Source: Thermoplasmatota archaeon (lineage in GTDB: Archaea > Thermoplasmatota > E2 > UBA202 > DSCA01). From it: a DNA stretch of 64,000 nucleotides. The position numbers and the translations under genes were made by a program. Within the stretch, counting starts at the first letter, position 1, and every line of letters begins with the position of its first letter. The DNA lies in NCBI GenBank assembly GCA_046498345.1, contig JAWOAW010000017.1, forward strand, positions 526 through 64,525, written 5' to 3'. The notes beneath the pieces are model-generated. The model did no database searches, was not told the origin of the DNA, and saw nothing but the letters and a program-made list of their open reading frames with translations. Of this stretch, positions 9,194-18,775 are shown piece by piece.

Positions 9194-10467
9194 TGTTCCA
9201 GATGGAGGTCGTCTGTGTGGCAGTCGTTCATCTGCGCGAAGCCGTACCTGAGGTTGAGGTTGATGTGGAGCACGGCCCAGGTTGCGGCTTCCTCGGCGGT
9301 GATGACCCCGTCCTCGTTGAGGTCGGCCGTGTCATCCATGCGGTCGGTGATGCCCTGCAGGGCGCCGGCCATGAGCATGGTGAGTATGCCGCCGTCCTCG
9401 GTGGCGATGGCCCGGCTGAATGTGGTTGACGCGGTGACCAGCACCCGGCCTTTTTCTTCCATGTTGGGGTCGTCGCTGAACAGGTTTGCCACACTTTCCA
9501 GGTCGTCGGGGCCGCCGAACTCTCCGGAATAGCAGGTGTCCACGATGGAGAGGATGTGCATGGAGCCGGTGTCGGCGAAGAAGGTGGCGATGTCGCCGTC
9601 GTAGAGCACGCCGTCCCATACCTGGATGGTGCCGTCGCGCGGCTCCCTGTCGTCGTCGCCCCACCATTCGATGCCGCCGTGCCCGGATATCCAGAACACC
9701 AGCCGGGACGCCTGGCCGGTATGGCTGCCCAGCCATTCCATGGCATTGCTTATGTTTTGTTTTGTGGCGCAGCCGTTGGACAGGTACATGATGTTGTCGC
9801 GGGGAAACCCGTAGTGGTTGTACAGGGTGTCGAAGGCCATGACGCCGTCCTTCCACGCTGCGATTTCGTTTCCCACCGGGTCGGTGCCGATGATGAGGGC
9901 CCATCGGTCGTCGTCTGTCTCCGTATGGTCCACGGAGATGTTGCGGCTGATGTGGGCTAGCCGGGTGCCGTTGGCGTCCTCCAGGTAGCATTCGATGCTG
10001 TGGACGCCGTAGCTGGCGAACCGGTAGGGCCACCGGAACGTGTACACCACGTCCTCGTTCAGCATCCGCCGTGTCTGGGTGGCCGCCGGCAGGCCCAGCA
10101 TGTCGCTCTGGCTGATGTCGGTGGGCAGGTAGGTGTGCTCCGTATCCCGGGATGAAAGCCGGTGTCCGTCGACCAGGCAGTGGGCTGTTCCTTCGAAGGA
10201 TTCAACATTGTGCAGAAAAACGCGGTAGGTAAGAAACACCAGGTCTCCGACGCTGACGTTGCTCATGCTGTCCCCTGCGTACTGGTAGCGCACGTCTACC
10301 TCGGGGAGCCCGTCCTGCCGGATGTCGGAGATGTCGCTGACGGGGCGATATATCTCGGCGTAGCACTGCCGGGCGATGCCCGCTGGCTCAGCGTCGCCGT
10401 TGTCGAGGCAGCCGGTGAACGGCAGCAGGAGCAGCAGGAGCACGAGCGCGGCGGGGAGGTTCCGCAT
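9190..10467 (-). CDS. Secreted caspase-fold cysteine peptidase (C13 legumain / C11-like), putative lipoprotein
   Basis: Signal peptide with a lipobox-like LLPFTGC. His/Cys dyad context WISGHGG ... IVDTCYSGEF. C-terminal DLNEDGVITAEE Ca-binding / dockerin-like loop. Confidence 0.6.
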   Translation of the reverse strand: MRNLPAALVLLLLLLPFTGCLDNGDAEPAGIARQCYAEIYRPVSDISDIRQDGLPEVDVRYQYAGDSMSNVSVGDLVFLTYRVFLHNVESFEGTAHCLVDGHRLSSRDTEHTYLPTDISQSDMLGLPAATQTRRMLNEDVVYTFRWPYRFASYGVHSIECYLEDANGTRLAHISRNISVDHTETDDDRWALIIGTDPVGNEIAAWKDGVMAFDTLYNHYGFPRDNIMYLSNGCATKQNISNAMEWLGSHTGQASRLVFWISGHGGIEWWGDDDREPRDGTIQVWDGVLYDGDIATFFADTGSMHILSIVDTCYSGEFGGPDDLESVANLFSDDPNMEEKGRVLVTASTTFSRAIATEDGGILTMLMAGALQGITDRMDDTADLNEDGVITAEEAATWAVLHINLNLRYGFAQMNDCHTDDLHLEQ

Positions 10468-10540
10468 GGCGCAATAACGCTGACTGTGCTAATAAAATTA
10501 ACGGAGGCGCACCGCCCGCCGGGAGCACCATAAATATTTT

Positions 10541-13357
10541 ATGGGCATAACTCATATTAATCCAAATATGATTGCAGACGGAGCAGGGGCGGAGGACGGC
10601 ATAAACCCGGCAGATACCTGCCAGCATACCCCCGTCAACATGGCGGACCCCCTCAGCCAGCTTGAACAGGCAAAGCCGCTTTTCAACGTGCTCTCCGAAC
10701 ACGTCGTCTTCCAGGACACCGAACACACCATACTATGGGCCAACAGGGCGGCCGCCCGCTCCGTCGACAGCACCGCCAGCGACCTGCAGGGAAAACGCTG
10801 CTACCGGATATGGGCCCACCGAAACAGGCCCTGCCCCGCCTGCCCCGTCGAAACAGCCCTGCGCACCGGCGAGCCGCAGCAGGGCGAAACCGCAACGGAG
10901 GACGGAAAAACCTGGCTGGTGCGGGCCACGCCGCTCCGAAACGCAGACGGCGATATCGTCGGAACCATCGAAACCACGCTGGACGTCACCGAGCAGAAAA
11001 AAAGGGAGCAGCGCATCCGGGCATCGGCGGAGGAAATGCGGGTTATATCGGATACGGCCATGCAGCTGAACACGTGCGGCACCATCCGGGAGATATGCCG
11101 GCTGACGGGAGACGCCATCCGGACCTTCAACCCCGATGCCTACGTCATCGTGACCGCCCCCGACAGGCTGGGCGGAGACATCAGGATACAATACACCACC
11201 GGATTTTCACCGTTCCTTGAACGGCTTACCCGCCTGGTCGGCATGAACCCCCGGCATATGACGTTCTCCGTCGAAGACATGACCGAAGCGGAGCGGGAAC
11301 TGTTCACAGCCGGTCGACTGGTCGAGATGACCGGCGGCCTCTACGCGCTCTCCACCCGGAAGATGCCGCGGCCGGTCTGCCAGGGAATAGAGCGACTGCT
11401 CGACATCGACGCCATCTACACCATGGGGTTCGCCATCGACCACACCCCGTTTGGCGGCGTCATCCTGCTGCTGCCGGCGGACGGCGACCTCCGGCACGTG
11501 GACGGCGTGGAAGCCCTCGTCCGGCAGGCGGCAGCCGTGGTTGAACGAAAACTGGCACAGGAAGCACTGCAGGCAAGCGAGGCACACAGCCAGGCGGTGC
11601 TCGACGCCATCCCCGACCTCATGTTCCATTTTGACGGGCAGGGCACCATCATCGCGTACCGGGGCGGCCGCGAGGACCTGTACCGCGACCCCGACGAGTT
11701 CATGGACAAAAACATCCGGGACGTGATGCCCGGAGACCTGGCGGAGCTCACCCTGGTACATATCGAACGGGCGCTGGACACGGGCCGGGTACAGCGCTAC
11801 GAATACGACCTCCCGATACAGGGAACCATGCGCCACTTTGAGGCGCGGATGGCCGCCGCCGATGCCGACAGCGTCGTGGCCGTCGTCCGCGACATCACCC
11901 AGCGGAAACGGACGGAGAAGGCGCTCCAGCAAAGCGAGAAAAAATTCAGGCTCATCGCCGAGAACACCAGCGACTACATCGCCATCATCAACTGGAAGGG
12001 AGAATACCTGTATGCCAGCCCGTCGCACCGGCAGTTGGGCTACGAGCCGGAGGAGCTCATCGGGAAATCCGGGCTGTCCATGGTGCATCCAGACGACAGG
12101 AAAAAGCTGCTGCCGCTGCTCAAAAAATATGCGGCCATGAAGCTGCGCGACGCCGTCGGGCTATACCGGAAAGACATCACGGAACGGCTCAGCTTCCGGT
12201 TTCCCGACGTCGAGGGCACATGGCATCACGTCGAAGCCACCGCCGACCTCATACAGTCTCCGGATGGAAGCGAGCTCCAGATACTGCTCGTCTCACGGGA
12301 TGTCACGAAGCAAAAAAAGCTGCTGGAAGAGCTGAAGGAAAGCGAGGAACGCTTCCGGACCGTGTTCGAGCATGCCATGGTCGGCGTCTACAAGACCACG
12401 CCCGACGGCCACATTTTGATGGCCAACCCGGCGATGCTTGACATGCTGGGCTACGACTCATTTGAAGAGCTGGCGCAGCGAAACCTCGAACGGGAGGGCT
12501 TCGAGCCGGGCTACGACCGGGAGCGGTTCAAGCAGGAGGTCGACGAAAACGACGTCGTCAGGGGCCTGGAGTCCTCTTGGACGCGGAAGGACGGCACCAC
12601 CCTGCACGTCCGGGAAAACGCCAAGGCCATCCGGGACGACAGCGGCGACATACAGTACTACCTGGGCACCGTGGAAGACATCACCGAGCGAAAGCAGGCA
12701 GAGGAACAGGTCGCCCGGCTCAACGACACCCTCCGGCTCATCAACAAGATCATGCGGCATGACCTTCTCAACCATCTCAACATCGCGCAGAGCGCCCTCG
12801 AGCTTTTCGAGGAGGACCGGGACATGTCGTTCTGCGAAAAAGCCCGCAGCCGGATGCTGCAGGGCATGCAGCTCATCAAGCGCATGCGGGAGCTGGAAGC
12901 ACTCGTCGGCTCCGGCGGCAGCCTCCGGCCCTACGACCTCCGCGACGTCGTGGAGGAAGCCGTGGCCGGCTGCCCGGTGGACTGCGCCACACGCGGCCGG
13001 GGAGTCATCCGCGCCGACGACGCCATCTACCCGATGGTGGAAAACCTGGTGCGCAACGCGGTCGAACATGCAGACGCCACCAGCATCGACATCTCCATCA
13101 CCCGCAGCAACGGCCGCGGCAACGTCGAGCTCCGCATCGCCGACGACGGCACCGGCATTCCCGACCCTCTAAAAGAAAAAGTGTTCGAGGAACAATACAG
13201 CTACGGCAGCAGCGCCGGCTCCGGCCTGGGATTGTACATCGTCAGGCAGACCGTCGAGCGCTACGGCGGCAGCATCCACGTCGAGGACAACAAACCACGG
13301 GGGACGGTGTTCGTCATGACATTGCCGGGCGGGAAGCCGGCAGAGGCGACGGCATGA
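10541..13357 (+). CDS. Multi-PAS sensor histidine kinase
   Basis: Several PAS/PAC blocks (repeated DITQRK / DVTKQKK boundaries), a HisKA motif MRHDLLNHLNIAQSALE, and HATPase_c (LVRNAVEH, DDGTGIP, GSGLGLYIV). The real start is probably at the Met at 10568, downstream of the TATA-like CATAAATATTTT at 10527-10540. Confidence 0.85.
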   Translation: MGITHINPNMIADGAGAEDGINPADTCQHTPVNMADPLSQLEQAKPLFNVLSEHVVFQDTEHTILWANRAAARSVDSTASDLQGKRCYRIWAHRNRPCPACPVETALRTGEPQQGETATEDGKTWLVRATPLRNADGDIVGTIETTLDVTEQKKREQRIRASAEEMRVISDTAMQLNTCGTIREICRLTGDAIRTFNPDAYVIVTAPDRLGGDIRIQYTTGFSPFLERLTRLVGMNPRHMTFSVEDMTEAERELFTAGRLVEMTGGLYALSTRKMPRPVCQGIERLLDIDAIYTMGFAIDHTPFGGVILLLPADGDLRHVDGVEALVRQAAAVVERKLAQEALQASEAHSQAVLDAIPDLMFHFDGQGTIIAYRGGREDLYRDPDEFMDKNIRDVMPGDLAELTLVHIERALDTGRVQRYEYDLPIQGTMRHFEARMAAADADSVVAVVRDITQRKRTEKALQQSEKKFRLIAENTSDYIAIINWKGEYLYASPSHRQLGYEPEELIGKSGLSMVHPDDRKKLLPLLKKYAAMKLRDAVGLYRKDITERLSFRFPDVEGTWHHVEATADLIQSPDGSELQILLVSRDVTKQKKLLEELKESEERFRTVFEHAMVGVYKTTPDGHILMANPAMLDMLGYDSFEELAQRNLEREGFEPGYDRERFKQEVDENDVVRGLESSWTRKDGTTLHVRENAKAIRDDSGDIQYYLGTVEDITERKQAEEQVARLNDTLRLINKIMRHDLLNHLNIAQSALELFEEDRDMSFCEKARSRMLQGMQLIKRMRELEALVGSGGSLRPYDLRDVVEEAVAGCPVDCATRGRGVIRADDAIYPMVENLVRNAVEHADATSIDISITRSNGRGNVELRIADDGTGIPDPLKEKVFEEQYSYGSSAGSGLGLYIVRQTVERYGGSIHVEDNKPRGTVFVMTLPGGKPAEATA

Positions 13358-13626
13358 TCGAGGAAAGCGAAGTGGTGGTGCTCCTGCTGGGGCTGGCAAC
13401 CCTGCTGTTCATGACGGTAAACCGTCGCCGGCTGCGGCGGCTCCCCCGGCTGAAGGTGCTGGCATCCAGCTTTCTCCTCCTGCTGGCCGGCTGGACGCTG
13501 ACCATACTGGAGGGGTTTGTTCTCCACGAACACCTCAACCTCCTAGAACATGCCTGCTACGCGGCCAGCGCCCTGATGATAGCGGGATGGATATGGACCG
13601 TGTTTACCCCAGGAGTGGATGGATGA
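13354..13626 (+). CDS. Small 2-3 TM membrane protein coupled to the histidine kinase
   Basis: 90 aa hydrophobic ORF whose ATG overlaps the HK stop (ATGA). Unknown family. Confidence 0.45.
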   Translation: MIEESEVVVLLLGLATLLFMTVNRRRLRRLPRLKVLASSFLLLLAGWTLTILEGFVLHEHLNLLEHACYAASALMIAGWIWTVFTPGVDG

Positions 13627-14072
13627 TAGGGGCGGTGGGCGCGGCCGACCTGGTATCCCTGTTCTCCCTGGCGCTGGCACTTCTCCTGCTGTGGCGGGGA
13701 TGGCATCGGCAGCTGGGAGACGATGCGATGCTGTCGCTGGCCGGCGAAGCCGCCGTGGAGACATACCGGGAGGGACTGGAGGCCGGGCAGCCGCCGTCAC
13801 TGGTGGTTATGGACCTCAACCTGTCGGGAAGCAACGCCGACGAAGACATCGTGTACCGGCACCGGGAGGGCGAAGACGAAAAAATGGACGGGGTTCGCAC
13901 CGCGATGGCCATCTACGCCGTTGACGGCAGCGCAGTGATATGGGGGTACACGGCCTGGGCGGACACGCCCTGGGCTGACCGTCTGGATGACGTCGGTGCC
14001 CATAAAATCATTGATCGTATCGTGCCGTTCAAGGCGTTCGCTGAAATGGTGGCCGGCCATCTGCGGGGATAG
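13623..14072 (+). CDS. Membrane-anchored receiver (REC)-like domain protein
   Basis: N-terminal TM (LVSLFSLALALLLLW) followed by a degenerate CheY-like core (SLVVMDLNLSG ... KIIDRIVPFKAFAEMVAGHL). ATGA overlap with the upstream ORF. Confidence 0.45.
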   Translation: MIGAVGAADLVSLFSLALALLLLWRGWHRQLGDDAMLSLAGEAAVETYREGLEAGQPPSLVVMDLNLSGSNADEDIVYRHREGEDEKMDGVRTAMAIYAVDGSAVIWGYTAWADTPWADRLDDVGAHKIIDRIVPFKAFAEMVAGHLRG

Positions 14073-14083
14073 CACCCTCAAGG

Positions 14084-15109
14084 CTACCGGGTGAGCGGTG
14101 ACAGGTCAAGCTGCTCCGCAGCCGCCTTGATTTTTTCAACCTTGGCCGCCTCATCGGGCAAAATGATGGATTCGATGGCCTCCACCTTTTGAGCGGCGGT
14201 GTAGGTGTCCAGCCGGACGGACAGCAAGGGTACGTCGTTTTTGTCGGCCCGCGCCGTGAGATTGGAGGGCGGGATGATGTTGTTGGTCAGCAGGATGCAC
14301 GAGGTGTTGGGGTCTTTGAGCGAGGCGGCGATGACGTCGGTGCGGTCGCCGCCGGTGATGATGAGCTTGTTTTTCTTCTTGAAATCGGGATGCCGCTGTA
14401 TCTGGCTGGCGGACAGCGCTCCGATGAGGATATGCTGGATGGGGTTGCCGAGTCCGCCGCTGCCGGCCACGACCTTGGCGAACAATTTGTCGGCCAGGTA
14501 GCTGGCCTGCATGGTGTCGAGCTCCTCGATGTGGGGCATGACGCCCAGCAGGGGTATGTTTCGCTCCTCCAGGGCCTCCTCGACATGGTGCAGGTCGTCG
14601 TCCTTCGGGCGGTCCAGCACGGCGCCGATGATGGCGACGTCGTCGCTCTCTGCCACCCGATGGGCGAAGACAAGGTCGTCCAGCATGTCGGAGGCTTCGC
14701 CGGTGAGCGCGAGCACCACGCCTGCATCGAGATGATGGGCCACGGAGAAGGTGTCCAGGCCGAGCGACCGGCCGTGGGCGAGGTCGTAGCTGCCTTCGAC
14801 GAGAAACACGTCTCGGCCCGCGGACAGGGCTTCGGCCCGCCGCGTCAGCTCCCCGGGGATGTCCGGGAACGCATGCGCTATCTTGGAGTAATGGAATCCG
14901 ATGGTGAACTCCTCTATGGGCTGGTCGATGGCGAACACCTTTTTGAACAATGCTGCATCGTAGTCAACCAGCCGTTTCTTTTTGTATATCTGGTTGTCGC
15001 CCAGCGGTTTCATGTATCCGATGGAGGCGTCCAGCTGCTGTGCGATACCCAGTGCAACGGTGCTTTTTCCCGCGTTGGGGGACACCGAAGCCAGAACTAT
15101 TGTCTTCAT
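14084..15109 (-). CDS. DRTGG plus AAA (CobQ/BioD-like) domain protein, resembling the N-terminal regulatory half of bacterial phosphotransacetylase
   Basis: P-loop VSPNAGKST at the N-terminus and a DRTGG-like motif (IITGGDRTDV) in the C-terminal half. The ATG at 15109 overlaps the TGA of the upstream ACS (ATGA on the minus strand). Confidence 0.7.
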   Translation of the reverse strand: MKTIVLASVSPNAGKSTVALGIAQQLDASIGYMKPLGDNQIYKKKRLVDYDAALFKKVFAIDQPIEEFTIGFHYSKIAHAFPDIPGELTRRAEALSAGRDVFLVEGSYDLAHGRSLGLDTFSVAHHLDAGVVLALTGEASDMLDDLVFAHRVAESDDVAIIGAVLDRPKDDDLHHVEEALEERNIPLLGVMPHIEELDTMQASYLADKLFAKVVAGSGGLGNPIQHILIGALSASQIQRHPDFKKKNKLIITGGDRTDVIAASLKDPNTSCILLTNNIIPPSNLTARADKNDVPLLSVRLDTYTAAQKVEAIESIILPDEAAKVEKIKAAAEQLDLSPLTR

Positions 15110-17208
15110 GTTTCTTCCACCTCTATATTTATACAAGCGTCTATAACTTTTGCCCCGTCTTCGTAGACCATCAACGGGTTGATATCCAGCTCGGATATCT
15201 CCGGGAAGCGGTCCACCAGCACGCCGATACGGTAGATGGCGTCGATGACCGCCGGGATGTCCTTCCGCCCCTCGCCGCGGACGCCGAGCAGCAACGGGAA
15301 GGAACTGGTCTCCCGCATCATTTTCGCTATCTCTTTTTTGCTGACCGGTGCCACGCGGAACGCCACGTCCTTGAGCACCTCCACATAGATGCCGCCCAGG
15401 CCGAACATCAAGGTCTTGTCGAACGACGGGTCGGTCGTCGAGCCGATGATGGTCTCCACTCCCTCCGGCACCATCTTTACTACCTCGACGCCGCGGATGT
15501 TGGCATCCGGCATGTACTGCCGGCAGTTCCGGATGATCGCCTCATATCCCTCGACCACCTCGCCCTCGTTTTCCAGGTCCAGCAGCACGCCGCCGCAGTC
15601 CGTCTTATGCACGATGTCCTCCGAGACCACCTTCATGACCACCGGGTAGCCGATGTCGTTGGCCGCCTCGACCGCCTCGTCGATGTTCCGGGCCACGCTG
15701 AACGATGGCACATGCAGGCCGAGCGCGTCCATGATCTCCTTCGCCTCGGTACCCAGCAGCTGGCTTCGCCCCTCATCTGCCACCCGGGCGATGACCCCGG
15801 CGATGCGGTCCTCGTCGAACGAGACATCCTCCGCAGCCTCGGCTTCCCGGGGGGCATATGCCTGGTAGAGCGCGTTGAGCGACGACACCGCGTCCTCCAC
15901 GTCGTCAAAGGCCGGCAGCCCGTTGGTCGTCAGGTCGCGGAGCACCCTGTCGGTCTGGTCGCCGCCGAACAGCGAGTACACGATAGGCTTTTTATCGCCA
16001 TATTTTTCCTGGATGTCCAGAAAGGTCTCCTTGACGGGGTCCAGCGGCGACTGCCCCGTCTGACAGTACAGCGCGATAACCGCGTCGATGTCATCCCGCT
16101 GCAGGGCTCGCTCCAGCGCCTCCCGGTATTCGTCGCCGCCGGCCTGCCCGGTCAGGTCGACCGGATTCCGGTATGAGCCAAACGCTGGCAGGACGTCGCC
16201 GAACGTGTCCTCCAGGATTTCCATGTCGCTCAGCAGGTCAACGCCATATTTTTCGCAGGCATCCGCCGCGAGCACGCCGATGCCGCCGCCGTTGGTCACG
16301 ATAACCACGTTTTTGCCCGCCGGCCGGGGGCAGGCGGACAACGTGGCCACCCAGTTGAATCCCTCCTCCAGGCTTTCCGCCCTGAGCACCCCGGCCTGCC
16401 TGAAAGCCGCGTCGAAAATCCTGTCGGAACCGGCCAGCGAGCCCGTATGCGAGGCGACGGCCCGGGCACCCACCTCCGAGCGGCCGGCCTTGATGGCCAC
16501 CACGTTCATGCCCTCCGGCTTCCGCTGTACCAGGTCCATGAACTCCCGCCCGTTGTCCAGCCCCTCCATGTAGAGAAACACGACGTCGGTGATGTCGTCC
16601 TCGAACACATATGAGAGCAGCTCCGCCTCCGTGATATCGGCCTTGTTGCCGATGGAAACAATGGTGGAGAGCCCCATGTTCTCCTCGGCCGTCTTGCCGA
16701 TCATGGCGATGCCCAGCGCACCCGACTGCGATATCACGGCGATGTTGCCGGGCCGGATGTCGGAGGGGCCAAAGGTTGCATTGACGGGAGCTGCGGCGGA
16801 ATACAGGCCAAAGACGTTGGGCCCCAGGATGCGCATGCCGTGCCCGTGGGCAGCCCGGACCATCTCCCGCTCAGCCTCGATGTTACCGATCTCTGAGAAG
16901 CCTGACGTGATGACGATGGCAAATTTAACGTGGTGCTCCGCGCACTCCCGGATGACCTCCACCGCGATCTTGGCGGGGACCACGACGAGCGCGAGGTCGA
17001 CGGGTTCGTCGATGCTGCTGACATCCTCGTATACCTCGTGCCCCAGGATTTCGCCGCCCCTGGGGTTCACCGGGTAAATGGCGCCCTGGTATCCCGAGTC
17101 GACGATGTTTCTGAGGACCGTATGCCCTATCTTTCCCTCGTCGTGTGATGCACCGATAACGGCCACGTTTCGAGGGTTGAACAGGGGAGCAAGGTCGGTC
17201 GATGTCAC
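15106..17208 (-). CDS. Acetyl-CoA synthetase (ADP-forming), fused alpha/beta subunits
   Basis: CoA-binding N-terminus (NPRNVAVIGAS), succinyl-CoA-synthetase-like flavodoxin domain, ATP-grasp C-terminal half. I place the start at the GTG (VTSTDLAPLF), because a minus-strand TATA (AAATTTATAATA at 17231-17242) lies inside the longer ORF. Confidence 0.85.
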   Translation of the reverse strand: MTSTDLAPLFNPRNVAVIGASHDEGKIGHTVLRNIVDSGYQGAIYPVNPRGGEILGHEVYEDVSSIDEPVDLALVVVPAKIAVEVIRECAEHHVKFAIVITSGFSEIGNIEAEREMVRAAHGHGMRILGPNVFGLYSAAAPVNATFGPSDIRPGNIAVISQSGALGIAMIGKTAEENMGLSTIVSIGNKADITEAELLSYVFEDDITDVVFLYMEGLDNGREFMDLVQRKPEGMNVVAIKAGRSEVGARAVASHTGSLAGSDRIFDAAFRQAGVLRAESLEEGFNWVATLSACPRPAGKNVVIVTNGGGIGVLAADACEKYGVDLLSDMEILEDTFGDVLPAFGSYRNPVDLTGQAGGDEYREALERALQRDDIDAVIALYCQTGQSPLDPVKETFLDIQEKYGDKKPIVYSLFGGDQTDRVLRDLTTNGLPAFDDVEDAVSSLNALYQAYAPREAEAAEDVSFDEDRIAGVIARVADEGRSQLLGTEAKEIMDALGLHVPSFSVARNIDEAVEAANDIGYPVVMKVVSEDIVHKTDCGGVLLDLENEGEVVEGYEAIIRNCRQYMPDANIRGVEVVKMVPEGVETIIGSTTDPSFDKTLMFGLGGIYVEVLKDVAFRVAPVSKKEIAKMMRETSSFPLLLGVRGEGRKDIPAVIDAIYRIGVLVDRFPEISELDINPLMVYEDGAKVIDACINIEVEET

Positions 17209-17230
17209 CGAGAGCGAAAGAAGGACGCTA

Positions 17231-17242
17231 TTATAAATTTTG
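17231..17242 (-). promoter_or_regulatory. TATA box for the acetyl-CoA synthetase / DRTGG operon
   Basis: The minus strand reads AAATTTATAATA, about 25 nt upstream of the proposed GTG start. Confidence 0.45.
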
Positions 17243-17304
17243 TGTGTACAGCGAACGGAGGTATACACGCTCTGGACGGTGGCTTCAGGCCGGAAAAAAC
17301 GTGG

Positions 17305-17748
17305 TCATATGGTCGTCGAAAAAACGTGGAACGGAGCCCGCTTCATGCCCAGCTTCCGGTAGATGGCCGCCGCCTCCCGGTTTGCCTCGTGCAGATACAA
17401 TCTGACGGCGTAGACGTTGTTTTTCATGGCTCGCCGGTGCACCTCAGCGAAAAGCTTTTTGAGTATCCCGCTGTGCCGCCAGGCTTGTTTCACGTAGATG
17501 CGGTGCAGCCACCATATGTCCCTGTTCCGCCAGTCGCTCCATTCATGGGTGACGAGCACCTGGCCGACAATCTCGCCGTCATGCCGCGCCACAAGGTAAA
17601 ACCCGCGCTCCTCGCTGGCAATCAGCGCCCGGGTGCCTTCGATGGCCACCTGGGAGTCCATCTCCACGTGTTCGGTTTCCATGCGAAGCTGCACGTTGTT
17701 CCGGGCGATGGCCTCCGCGTCCTCCATGGACGCCGTTGATAGAAACAT
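17305..17748 (-). CDS. GNAT family N-acetyltransferase
   Basis: 147 aa. Acetyl-CoA binding motif (VARHDGEIVGQV ... RHSGILKKLF). Confidence 0.8.
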   Translation of the reverse strand: MFLSTASMEDAEAIARNNVQLRMETEHVEMDSQVAIEGTRALIASEERGFYLVARHDGEIVGQVLVTHEWSDWRNRDIWWLHRIYVKQAWRHSGILKKLFAEVHRRAMKNNVYAVRLYLHEANREAAAIYRKLGMKRAPFHVFSTTI

Positions 17749-17825
17749 GGACGGACAACGGCCGGGTGCACAAAAACATTCGTATACCCGCGTATACCCG
17801 CGGCCAGCGCGTGGTCAGTCCGCGG

Positions 17826-18524
17826 TCAGTCGAGCCATCCCTGCACGGCTCGCGTGGCCATGTCCACGTGGCGCTGTCCGTCATCTTCGATATGTGGGCC
17901 ATGCCCCGGGTAGAGATTGGTGACGGGCATGTCCAGCATGTGAATGGAACGGGCCAGCGCTGCCGGGTCGCCCCCCTGGAAGTCGGTGCGGCCGACGCCG
18001 CCGTGGGCGAATATGAGGTCGCCGGAGAACAATGCTGCCGTTGCTGTCTCGTAGAGGCAGATGCTGCCCGGGGAATGACCCGGGGTGTGGATGACCTGCA
18101 GCGACGTGCCATCGAGCGGTATCTCGTCGCCGTCCTGCAGCTTTCTGTCAACCTGGGTGGGCTCCTGGGAGGCGCCGAACCAGCCGGCTGACCAGTCCTT
18201 GCCCTGCTCGACGACGGCTGCGCCTGCCTCGTGCATGTATACCTGGCTGCTGCAGCGCTCCCGCAGGTCGGCGACGCCGCCGCAGTGGTCGTAGTGTTCG
18301 TGGGTGAGCACGATGGCGTCGAGGACGCCGGGGTCGATGGACGCCGCGAGCTTTCTGTATACGTATGCGCTGTTCACGCCGGTGCCGGCGTCGACGAGGA
18401 TGTGACGGTCGCCACTGACCAGGTAGATGTTGGCGTCGAAGCCGGCGCCCGGGATGGCTGTCACCTGCATGCGCCGGTAAATGGCCCGGGCTATATATTG
18501 CTTTGTGGCTTCATGGAACGTCAC
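17826..18524 (-). CDS. MBL-fold hydrolase (glyoxalase II / hydroxyacylglutathione hydrolase-like)
   Basis: THEHYDHCGG motif plus downstream His/Asp ligands. 232 aa. Confidence 0.8.
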   Translation of the reverse strand: MTFHEATKQYIARAIYRRMQVTAIPGAGFDANIYLVSGDRHILVDAGTGVNSAYVYRKLAASIDPGVLDAIVLTHEHYDHCGGVADLRERCSSQVYMHEAGAAVVEQGKDWSAGWFGASQEPTQVDRKLQDGDEIPLDGTSLQVIHTPGHSPGSICLYETATAALFSGDLIFAHGGVGRTDFQGGDPAALARSIHMLDMPVTNLYPGHGPHIEDDGQRHVDMATRAVQGWLD

Positions 18525-18565
18525 GGCGAGGCGAAACGTTTTATCCCGCTCATGTATAGTGGTGT

Positions 18566-18769
18566 ATGGACAAAAAACGGCGGAAGTACGTCGAAAAGAT
18601 AGAGGATTTAAACCAGCAGCGGGCCATCATCGACGACGACCTGCGCTCGCTGAAACGGCGCCGGGATGAGCTCTCGGACAAAAAATATGACCGGATGAAA
18701 AAAAAGTATGAACGGAAAAAGGAAAAGATAAAGCAGAAGATACGGAAATACGAGGAAAAAATCTGCTGA
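18566..18769 (+). CDS. Small Lys/Arg/Glu-rich coiled-coil protein (hypothetical)
   Basis: 67 aa ORF in a distinctly AT-rich islet, with AAA/AAG/GAA codon bias and TATA-like ATGTATAG upstream. No recognisable family. Confidence 0.35.
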   Translation: MDKKRRKYVEKIEDLNQQRAIIDDDLRSLKRRRDELSDKKYDRMKKKYERKKEKIKQKIRKYEEKIC

Positions 18770-18775
18770 GCCGGG

